This document shows, one piece after another, positions 19,216-26,905 of a DNA stretch of 35,914 nt (positions are counted from its first letter, which is position 1; the number at the start of each line of letters is the position of its first letter). Source of the DNA: an uncultured Gammaproteobacteria bacterium. Its GTDB lineage: Bacteria; Patescibacteriota; Patescibacteriia; UBA2196; GWA2-42-15. The position numbers were made by a program, and so were the translations under genes. The stretch is from contig CAZVLW010000002.1 of NCBI GenBank assembly GCA_964628705.1, positions 1 through 35,914 of the forward strand. The letters are read 5' to 3'. The notes beneath the pieces were generated by a model. That model was not told where the DNA came from. It saw only the letters and a list, made by a program, of their open reading frames with translations, and searched no databases.

Positions 19216-19240
19216 CAAGTTACAAGTTACAAAAAACAAA
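19216..19240. repeat. left arm of a 25-nt imperfect inverted repeat flanking the four-helix-bundle gene
   Basis: CAAGTTACAAGTTACAAAAAACAAA. Its reverse complement matches 19632-19656 at 23 of 25 positions. It abuts the terminal stop codon (19241-19243) of the extended reading frame. Confidence 0.85.
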
Positions 19241-19615
19241 TCAAATATAACGATTACTATAATTAATAATAATTTTAGACAATATGTTTTTTAGTTCTCT
19301 GCACTCTATCCACAAAATTCTTAAATTCCTAATAAAATTTTTATCAGCTTCCGCCAATCATTCCAGCCAGTGCATACATTCCTTAGCTTCCTTGCGGGCA
19401 ATCCTAAGCTTATCTAAAAAATCTTTTTTACCTAATGAATCATTCGCCTCTCTATAATTGGCTCCTATTGCGCCAGCGGATCTTACGGCTTGGCTAGTCA
19501 ATCTATTGTTTATAGAATTTACTGGAATCTTTTTACACACTATAAGAACATCCTTTGCAAATTTAGTAGTCCGCCGCTCTAAATCAAAAGTATGTGGATT
19601 TGATTTATTGGTCAT
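19241..19615 (-). pseudogene. four-helix-bundle protein (23S rRNA intervening-sequence protein family) interrupted by an in-frame TGA
   Basis: Track ORF 19358..19615 (85 aa, ...AVRSAGAIGANYREANDSLGKKDFLDKLRIARKEAKECMHWLE) stops at TGA 19360-19358. The same frame continues LAEADKNFIRNLRILWIECRELKNILSKIIINYSNRYI to TGA 19243-19241. That gives about 124 codons, the usual family length. Confidence 0.7.
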
Positions 19616-19631
19616 CGCTTGTTGATTATTA

Positions 19632-19656
19632 TTTGTTTTTGGTAACTTGTTACTTG
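19632..19656. repeat. right arm of the 25-nt imperfect inverted repeat
   Basis: TTTGTTTTTGGTAACTTGTTACTTG, 16 nt upstream of the ATG at 19615. It contains heptad repeats GTAACTT/GTTACTT. Confidence 0.85.
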
Positions 19657-19744
19657 TTACTTCTATAACTTATACATCCCAATATTCATATATTAGCTTG
19701 CTTGTTAAAAATTTATTTTCATTATACATAAATTTAAACCAAAA

Positions 19745-19786
19745 ATCAAACCCGCCCCGGCTAAAAGCCGGGGCGGAGTTTTTTGT
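19745..19786 (-). terminator. intrinsic terminator of the large surface-protein gene
   Basis: GC-rich hairpin CCGCCCCGGC-taaaa-GCCGGGGCGG (19752-19776), with T/A runs on both sides, 20-30 nt past the stop at 19806. Confidence 0.85.
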
Positions 19787-19805
19787 TTCCTCAAACTAAG
19801 AACAA

Positions 19806-22800
19806 TTAGATTGCCTTAGATGAAGAAAGTGTGTCAAGCATACCATTTACATCATGGCCGTTCATCCACTGAACCGTTGTGGTTGCAGTAGTAGATGTAT
19901 TGCCATATGAAAGGTCTGACCAAACAAAGTCACCATTAGTATCAGCTGCTGCTGTTGAAGCGCCTTCATAGTCAGCGCTCAAATAATCAGCATCGCCGTA
20001 GAGTTGTGTAACTACGCTGTTTGAATTGCTTGAATTAAAGCCACTTACAGTTACTCTCAAGCTATAAGTCTTAGAGCTTCCAGCAGAAATTTGTCTTAAT
20101 TCTCCGCCATAGCCCTGCTTATTAAAGAGAACTGTAAAGATACCGAATCCGTCACCGTATGTAATAGAAGTACCATCAGTTGCTTCGCTGGAAACACGAG
20201 TAGTACCTTCATACACTTCAGGGCTGGATACGCTCACAGTGGTGGTGGTAACCTTGAACTTCATCTTGTAAAGTCCAATTGGACCAACAGAATCAGCCGC
20301 CACAGTAACATCAATTATATCATATGTACCGTCACCGCTTAAGCTATCACCAGAAGCCGCCACTGTCACAGTTGGCTGGCTCTTGACCAAGACATATTCA
20401 GCAAAATTCAAAGTAGCTGAATTGACGCTAGCATTTGAATTCAACAAGGTAACCTTGGAGCTTGAAATGCTTGGCTGAAAGCCGTCCATTGGGTTAGCCA
20501 ATGTAGCTACATCGCCAGATTCGTCAATAACAGGTGTATCAACTACCAAGCTCAACTCATGTGTCTCGCCAACAGGCACTGTATATGGATCAGTTTCCAT
20601 ATTGAAGAGCACTGGGTCAGTTTGGTCAGTTGAAGTAACGCTGGCAGTAGCTACCAAGTCATTGCCTTTATACAGATACATAGCGGCAAATTCATCTGTG
20701 CCACCGCCTTCAACAGCTGCAATGTCAACGTAAAGCTTCTTCACCTTAACATCATCATAAGCGGCTTTCATATTGAATTTACCAATCACCAAACCAGTTT
20801 GATTACCATTAAGGTAACCGTTTTCATACTGGTCAACTCTGGTAATAGTTAGGGTGCCTGCATCAGCAATACTTACAGTTGGACCACTTGTTTCATAAAT
20901 AGTCTCTGTAATAGATTCACCTTCAGCATCCCTTGATGTAATACTATCAGTTGTCTTGAAGTTAAATGAATCAGTGTTGGAAAGGCTTGAAGCTAAGTTA
21001 ACCTTAACATCCAAATATTTGACAGTTCCTTTCTCCACAGTCAAGGTTGGACTGATAGAAAATGTGGCAGTCACGTTAGTGCCACCAGTAGATGAGAGTG
21101 AAGAATCTGGGTCATTGCTAACCGTTACTTCTGTATTGCCATCATAAAGTGCCAAGTTAGACAGCTCGTCTGAGCTCATACCAGTTACCTCAAGCTCCAA
21201 CTTGAGCTGTGAAACAGACACATCACTACCTGACCCAGTTGCATCTAATTGCACAGTTGCTACATCTACGCCAGTAGTGCCTTTAACAGCTGTCATATTA
21301 CCTTCGCTATCCAAGCTGAAAGAGAGCTTGCCAGCTTTAATAGTCATACCGTTAGTAGATGGTGAAGTCATATTGCTGGTAGTTGAATCAGTGATTGATT
21401 GGCCGGAAATAGTGCCTTCAGCAGTTACATAAGTGCTTGGCTTAATGTAGGCATAAATTGTGTCACCTGAAGTAAAATCTGCATTTAGATCAACTTCAAG
21501 TCCAATTTTATGAGTGCCTACGGCAAGTGAAATAGTATCGGTTGAAGTTACACCGCCAGTTGAATTTGGGTCAACTGTGCCGTATGTGTCGCCTGTTTCT
21601 ACATTATAAAATGTAGCATTGGTTATATCAGCATATGCGCTTGAGGCGGATGAATCAGTAATAATATTGGCTTCTAACTCAGTAATATCTACTGGCTCAC
21701 CTTTGACAATAAATAGCCATTGAGCGATTTGCTGATTATCAGCATTTTCTGAGATATCATCTTCATCAAAGTCACCATCTACTTGAACATCTAATGTTCC
21801 GGTGCCGATGGTTAACTCATAACTGTCATCAGTATCCATTGCTGGACGGCTGGATGACAGTCCGCTGTTGTCAGCCACATAGGCGTCGTAAAGCAAATCT
21901 TTGACTACTACGTCACTTTCGTTGTAAATATCCAAATTGATTGTGCTATTGGTGCCGTCTGTAATTTCATTAGCTTTAACCACTAATGTTACATCATCAC
22001 CATAGTCAATTTGATATGGGCTGTCCAACATAAAGCTGACATAGTCGCCTTCTTGGGTGGCTTCAGCTAAAATATCTCCTGTTTCATCCTTAACTAATAG
22101 ATATTTATCAACATCATCTTCATCAGCACTGCCTGATTGCTTGAGGACAAATTTACTCAACTCTACATCTTGATTGGCATCACTTGAGTTGTTGGCTACT
22201 TTAAAGCCAGCCACTTCTACCATGGTGTCGCCCACCTTAGGTGAAGTATCATCAACATAAATAGAGCTTTTATCTGTAATGTCCCAAACAGCTAAAACGA
22301 CAGAAGTATTCAAATTCATCTGATTACCCCAAATTGGCAAACTGCCATTTAGAGTGCCACTCTTGACATCAGCAGCTACCAAGCCCAACTTGGGAGTATT
22401 TCCCGCGTTAGCGCTTGAGCCAACCACACCAGTTACATAAACTTTTTTGGTAGTCCCAGCTGGAACTTCTAAATCACCGCCAAATTTCATCTGGTCATCA
22501 GAATTCCATGAAGTTTTACTAACCCCGATTTGGTCACCAGTAACAGAATCCTCATAGAGTGAAACTGAGGAAATATCATCATCAACTGAGAGTCCTCCGC
22601 GTTCAATTGTCATAGCATCAACTGTCACATCATCAGATGAATTGTTGGTAAAGTCTAACACCAAGAATGGTGCGCGAGCTTCACTTTTAATATAAGTGGT
22701 GGTAGCTGGTGTATCAGCAGAAAGTGAAACACTTACTGTGCCCTCACTTGGAGTAGTTCCTTCAGCAGAGCCGGCCACTGTGGTTAAACCTTCTTCCATA

Positions 22801-23444
22801 TCGGTAATAGAACTGTCGTCACTGTAGCTGGATAAATCATCAGCAGTGAAAATAAAATCCCACTTAAACATATTTGCTTCAAAAGCATCACCAGTAGCAA
22901 CGGGTCGCTTCATATCACCATCAATATAGTAAGTGGTGGCTGAACCCTCTTCTTTGACTAACTGGCCGGTAGGATAAGCTCCTTCTTCTAATGGGTCACC
23001 AATAGTATAGTTTACCCAAAAAGAATCTGGGACATCGTCAATAATTTGGTTCCATTGTTCACCGTAGAGGTCAATGGCATTTGCTTCACTTACAATTGAG
23101 CGTAAAACGCCACCCGGCTCTACCGCGTAAACAGTTGGAACTGTATCAATTTTTACCAACTTGGTTCCTGGGCGATAAGTTACATTACCACCAAGTGGGT
23201 AGCTCTCCATTTCAGATTGTGAAACAGTTACTACGCCGCTAAAATCAGAATACCAAGTCATATATGTCTTCTCATTTGGGAAAACATATCTCTTGCCGCC
23301 GTTTAAATAATAAACTGCGCTGTGATCTTCCATTTTAATAAGATCACCGTCGCTGGCGGCTCGAGCTGTACTACCTGTCAGTGCAACTGAATAAGATAGC
23401 ACCATGGCCAAAGCCATAAATAATACAAAACCTTTTTTAATCAT
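19806..23444 (-). CDS. large secreted Ser/Thr/Asp-rich surface protein (S-layer/adhesin-like), repetitive beta-sandwich-like modules
   Basis: 1212-codon ORF. Signal peptide MIKKGFVLFMALAMVLSYSVALTGSTARA|AS. The N-terminal domain has repeated ..YY(L/I)..G.(K)R(Y/P)(V)... motifs. Recurring modules follow, of the type GTVSVSLSADTP..FLVLDFTNNSSDDVTVDAMTIERGG, AGFKVANNSSDANQDVELSKFVLKQSG and VATVQLDATGSGSDVSVSQLKLELEVTG. No TM or sortase anchor is seen. Confidence 0.85.
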   Translation of the reverse strand: MIKKGFVLFMALAMVLSYSVALTGSTARAASDGDLIKMEDHSAVYYLNGGKRYVFPNEKTYMTWYSDFSGVVTVSQSEMESYPLGGNVTYRPGTKLVKIDTVPTVYAVEPGGVLRSIVSEANAIDLYGEQWNQIIDDVPDSFWVNYTIGDPLEEGAYPTGQLVKEEGSATTYYIDGDMKRPVATGDAFEANMFKWDFIFTADDLSSYSDDSSITDMEEGLTTVAGSAEGTTPSEGTVSVSLSADTPATTTYIKSEARAPFLVLDFTNNSSDDVTVDAMTIERGGLSVDDDISSVSLYEDSVTGDQIGVSKTSWNSDDQMKFGGDLEVPAGTTKKVYVTGVVGSSANAGNTPKLGLVAADVKSGTLNGSLPIWGNQMNLNTSVVLAVWDITDKSSIYVDDTSPKVGDTMVEVAGFKVANNSSDANQDVELSKFVLKQSGSADEDDVDKYLLVKDETGDILAEATQEGDYVSFMLDSPYQIDYGDDVTLVVKANEITDGTNSTINLDIYNESDVVVKDLLYDAYVADNSGLSSSRPAMDTDDSYELTIGTGTLDVQVDGDFDEDDISENADNQQIAQWLFIVKGEPVDITELEANIITDSSASSAYADITNATFYNVETGDTYGTVDPNSTGGVTSTDTISLAVGTHKIGLEVDLNADFTSGDTIYAYIKPSTYVTAEGTISGQSITDSTTSNMTSPSTNGMTIKAGKLSFSLDSEGNMTAVKGTTGVDVATVQLDATGSGSDVSVSQLKLELEVTGMSSDELSNLALYDGNTEVTVSNDPDSSLSSTGGTNVTATFSISPTLTVEKGTVKYLDVKVNLASSLSNTDSFNFKTTDSITSRDAEGESITETIYETSGPTVSIADAGTLTITRVDQYENGYLNGNQTGLVIGKFNMKAAYDDVKVKKLYVDIAAVEGGGTDEFAAMYLYKGNDLVATASVTSTDQTDPVLFNMETDPYTVPVGETHELSLVVDTPVIDESGDVATLANPMDGFQPSISSSKVTLLNSNASVNSATLNFAEYVLVKSQPTVTVAASGDSLSGDGTYDIIDVTVAADSVGPIGLYKMKFKVTTTTVSVSSPEVYEGTTRVSSEATDGTSITYGDGFGIFTVLFNKQGYGGELRQISAGSSKTYSLRVTVSGFNSSNSNSVVTQLYGDADYLSADYEGASTAAADTNGDFVWSDLSYGNTSTTATTTVQWMNGHDVNGMLDTLSSSKAI

Positions 23445-23728
23445 AATATTTCTTTATATTTTTTAGGATTATAGCTTGCCCTTACTTGACGGCTCGAGCA
23501 GTGTTGACTCAATTGGGAAAAACCCAAGAGTCTGCAGCACGGGCTAACTGACCCTTATCTCAAGCCAACTTTCGTCAAATAAATATTTGGCTAACTCATA
23601 ACCCTAAAATTAATCTTATTCCTATCCATCGCCAATTTGGCGCCGACCTTTAAATTTAGGATAGAAAATCTAATAACCCCTCCTTGAATGAAAATTTTAT
23701 CAACTAAAATCCTCATTCAAAAAGGAAT

Positions 23729-24487
23729 TTATTTTTCAGCAACTACTATAAAATATAAATACTCCTGATTTTCTTTATTTTTGACAATATCAAAATCGTC
23801 TTTAACTGCTTTCAAACTTGCAGAAATTGACTGCTGACTTTGCTTGGGCACTAAATATTTTAAAAAATAAAAGAATGGCAACTTGGTATAGATAAAATAC
23901 AACTGATGCAATACCTTCTGCCGCCAGCTCATTGGCTCTAAAGGACGCTGGTAATAAAAATCAATATGGCTAAAATCATTTAGCGTATCCAACAGCTCGT
24001 TTTGTTTGAACTCATAGATATGATATGGATTGGAAATATTTAATCTGCGCGTAGCTGATTTATTCGGCGTAGATAAAATCAATTTGCCATTTGGTTTTAA
24101 GACCCTATAGATTTCCTGAATAAACAATTTTGGATTGTCAAGGTGCTCAATAGTTTCAAAACTTACCACCATTTCAAAACTGTCATCTTCAAACGGCAAA
24201 TCACTCGCCTCCATAACTCTAAAATGCACGTCTTCACCACTATGGCTACTTTTAGCAAAATCTATTGCATCATATGAAATATCGCCCCCCCAAACTTCCT
24301 TAGCTCCTGCTTGCCCCAAGATTTGACTGCCATAACCGCTCCCACAAGCAATATCTAAGACTCTTTTTCCAACTGCGTAACCCGCGGCAAAGCGGTATCT
24401 TATTTTATGTTCTTCATAAATCTCTTTGTCCTGACTATCGGCTTGATCACTTTTTTCATCCAAGAGTATCCTCTCTACTGCTGTCAT
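23729..24487 (-). CDS. class I SAM-dependent methyltransferase
   Basis: Motif I VLDIACGSGYGS, motif post-I GGDIS, and FEMVVSFETIEHL. It starts 3 nt after the stop of the upstream membrane protein gene. Confidence 0.85.
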   Translation of the reverse strand: MTAVERILLDEKSDQADSQDKEIYEEHKIRYRFAAGYAVGKRVLDIACGSGYGSQILGQAGAKEVWGGDISYDAIDFAKSSHSGEDVHFRVMEASDLPFEDDSFEMVVSFETIEHLDNPKLFIQEIYRVLKPNGKLILSTPNKSATRRLNISNPYHIYEFKQNELLDTLNDFSHIDFYYQRPLEPMSWRQKVLHQLYFIYTKLPFFYFLKYLVPKQSQQSISASLKAVKDDFDIVKNKENQEYLYFIVVAEK

Positions 24488-24490
24488 AGA

Positions 24491-25726
24491 CTACTCTAAA
24501 CCGACCTCAAATTTTTGGTCTGAATCATCTGCCTTAGCTCGGCTATCTTGAGCTGGCTTATTTGGCTTACCTGCTTCATCTGCTGATTGTTTATTTTGGC
24601 TATTAGCTGATGGGGCTTGATCTGAACTAACCCTAATAGTATTAGTTACTCCCACATCATCAGTCGTGCTAACCACACCTTCTACATCAGTTGTTAACAA
24701 TTCATCCAATGACCGTTTTTTATGTATCTCACCATACAACATCTCAATAATGGTATTCGTTTCATTTGCCAAGCTTAAACTCAATTTATATTTATTTTGC
24801 TTAATTGCCTGCTTGGCTAACTCTATCTTTTCTTTTATTTGAGCACGCTCATCATCCTCGTTTGTTTCAGCTGTATCTGCCTTAACTGTCTGATCATCTT
24901 CTATCTGCTTTGCTTTTTGTTCCACTGAATCCAAATGCTCCTCCAATTTAGTTTGTAAAACTTTTTCATCCAACCCGTTTTGCCCGCTCTCATGACGCTC
25001 CACAATGACAGCTAAAATGTTTGAATTAACTTTATTAACTTTATCCAAAGTTTCCTCTAAGGCGCTGTCTGCCCCTTGATCAACTATCTGATCTCTAACT
25101 TTGCTCAATTCTTCTTTATAATTACTCATTTTTTCACTCATCGCCAAAGCTGTGGCAGTGTCGTTACCCCTCTCACTATCATCAGTTGATCGGTTTAATT
25201 TCTCCAGACTGCTATCCACTTCGTCCAACTGCTGATTGACTTCTCTGAGGGCTAAAAGCAAAGTATCAGCCTGTTTTTTGCCATCTTTGCCAGCTTGAAC
25301 CAAATAAGCTCGTTGATGGGCTACGCGTTGCAACTCATCCACCCTGTTGTCTAAAAATCTGCCCGCTAACTCAGCCTGTCTAACATAGTCCGTAACCATC
25401 AGACTCTGAGCTTTTTCAATTGCTTTTTTAACTACAAATATAGAATCTCCCGGCATTGAATTTTGCGCGACAGTTACTAAGCCCGCGGAACTAAAAATAA
25501 AAAGCATCACCACAATAGCAAACACTCCAACTGGCCGCCACGCCAAATGCATTCTTTGAAAACTTTGCTGAAATTTAAACCATACATTTTTTAAACTATC
25601 ACCACTCTCACTCTGTTCGGTATTATACCTTCTAATTTTATGCAACATAAAACTCCGAGTTTGCTTCTTCCAAACCCTATCCGGTTTAACCTGTATTTTT
25701 TTTAGTTCATTACGTAAATTCAACAT
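24491..25726 (-). CDS. single-pass membrane coiled-coil protein, candidate anti-sigma partner (DUF5667-like)
   Basis: It lies directly downstream of the ECF sigma gene. There is one TM helix (VGVFAIVVMLFIFSSAGLVTVA) after a roughly 65-aa cytoplasmic N-terminus, then a long helical, charged extracytoplasmic region. The anti-sigma role is inferred from position only. Confidence 0.5.
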   Translation of the reverse strand: MLNLRNELKKIQVKPDRVWKKQTRSFMLHKIRRYNTEQSESGDSLKNVWFKFQQSFQRMHLAWRPVGVFAIVVMLFIFSSAGLVTVAQNSMPGDSIFVVKKAIEKAQSLMVTDYVRQAELAGRFLDNRVDELQRVAHQRAYLVQAGKDGKKQADTLLLALREVNQQLDEVDSSLEKLNRSTDDSERGNDTATALAMSEKMSNYKEELSKVRDQIVDQGADSALEETLDKVNKVNSNILAVIVERHESGQNGLDEKVLQTKLEEHLDSVEQKAKQIEDDQTVKADTAETNEDDERAQIKEKIELAKQAIKQNKYKLSLSLANETNTIIEMLYGEIHKKRSLDELLTTDVEGVVSTTDDVGVTNTIRVSSDQAPSANSQNKQSADEAGKPNKPAQDSRAKADDSDQKFEVGLE

Positions 25727-25773
25727 ATTGATGATGGTTCAAAATTGAACTAAATTTTTATATATAGTAAATT

Positions 25774-26334
25774 TTATAATTCTGGTTTTGATAAATCTCG
25801 CAAGGCGGATTTGAGCTGTTTTATCGCCCTATGGCCAATGGTCCGCACATTGGCTTCAGTTTTTTGCAAAATCTCGGCCACTTCAGCGTTAGACAACTCA
25901 TCTATATACTTTAAGATAACCACATCGCGGTAAACTCCCTTTAGCTCAATCAGTGCTTTTTTTAATTGGTCTATATCTATCTTAATATCAATCCACTCTT
26001 CGGCAGACAAATCATCATTGCTCACGTCAATATGCCCATTAATATCATCTGCCTCGTCAGTTATATTTTGTGAACGATAATAATCTGCAATTTTAAATCT
26101 AGCGATTTTATAAAGTAAAGCACGAATACTGTTAATAGCTTTTTCTCGCTTAGCAGTCTTCCACAATTCCCAAAACACATCTTGGACAATCTCTTCGGCA
26201 GATTCTCTAGAATTTAATTTTAAAAAAACAAATCTGTATATATTATTTATATATTCATCATAAATTTTGGCAAATGATTTTTCATCACCTTGCACAATTC
26301 TCTTCCACAACTTTTGCTCCTGTTTAAATTTCAT
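25774..26334 (-). CDS. ECF-type RNA polymerase sigma-70 family factor
   Basis: Region 2 (IYRFVFLKLNSRESAEEIVQDVFWELWK) and region 4 HTH (LSNAEVAEILQKTEANVRTIGHRAIKQLK). At 186 aa it lacks regions 1 and 3. Confidence 0.88.
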   Translation of the reverse strand: MKFKQEQKLWKRIVQGDEKSFAKIYDEYINNIYRFVFLKLNSRESAEEIVQDVFWELWKTAKREKAINSIRALLYKIARFKIADYYRSQNITDEADDINGHIDVSNDDLSAEEWIDIKIDIDQLKKALIELKGVYRDVVILKYIDELSNAEVAEILQKTEANVRTIGHRAIKQLKSALRDLSKPEL

Positions 26335-26490
26335 TTTTAGACTTCACTTAATTAGTCGTATAAAAATTATTATTGTTACATTAGCTTAAAAATCGCATTT
26401 CGTCAATTAAAATTCTTATAAAAATGGCAAGGATATCCTTGAAAAAAATTAAGATAAATAAAACCTTTTTTAAAAATGGCAAAAAAATTG

Positions 26491-26519
26491 TTGACAAAAT
26501 TTAAAAACAGACATAAACT
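26491..26519 (+). promoter_or_regulatory. candidate sigma-70-type promoter for the HTH gene
   Basis: TTGACA (26491-26496), 17 nt spacer, TAAACT (26514-26519). It lies inside the long version of the track ORF, which argues for the ATG at 26575. Confidence 0.45.
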
Positions 26520-26574
26520 ATTATTAGACAGATTTTCTCAATACAAAATACAACTATACACAAAATTTATTTTT

Positions 26575-26805
26575 ATGTCAACCGAAATTAGAATTTCACC
26601 ATCTACTGCCAGCTTGCTTTTTGGTATTAGTGAGCGCTCTATTAGGCGTGCTATAAGCAATGGGGAATTACCCGTGCTGGTTAAAAATGCCAGATATAAA
26701 ATTGAAATTAGAGATTTATTAAGATGGTCAGAAAAATTACCCAACCGACAAAAAAAAAGAGATAACTACGGCATTGGCCAATACGTAGACACTTGGAGAA
26801 TTTAA
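26575..26805 (+). CDS. excisionase/MerR-like helix-turn-helix DNA-binding protein
   Basis: ISPSTASLLFGISERSIRRAISNGELPVLVKNARYKIEIRDLLRW is an excisionase-family HTH pattern. The track ORF starts at 26476, but the first 33 residues are lysine-rich low complexity and overlap the candidate promoter. Confidence 0.6.
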   Translation: MSTEIRISPSTASLLFGISERSIRRAISNGELPVLVKNARYKIEIRDLLRWSEKLPNRQKKRDNYGIGQYVDTWRI

Positions 26806-26905
26806 TATTTACTACCTTAATTTGTATCCATTATTTTACACCAAATAGTAACAAAAATCCATAAAAAAAATATACTTCAAGTATAATTTTTTTTTCCATT
26901 CATAA

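Noticed and set aside
19358-19360. In-frame TGA as evidence for an alternative genetic code (UGA reassigned, as in Gracilibacteria/Absconditabacteria or Mollicutes)
   Set aside because: TGA ends rsmH (29239), rplA (33576), the kinase-like gene (32129) and the tsaB-like gene (31731) at sensible lengths. All large conserved genes translate uninterrupted with the standard code. A local nonsense mutation or readthrough is more likely.
26476-26574. Long N-terminal extension of the HTH protein (track ORF start at 26476)
   Set aside because: The first 33 residues are lysine-rich low complexity. A good TTGACA-17-TAAACT promoter lies inside them, and the HTH domain begins right after the ATG at 26575. 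The shorter gene model is preferred, though the longer one cannot be excluded.
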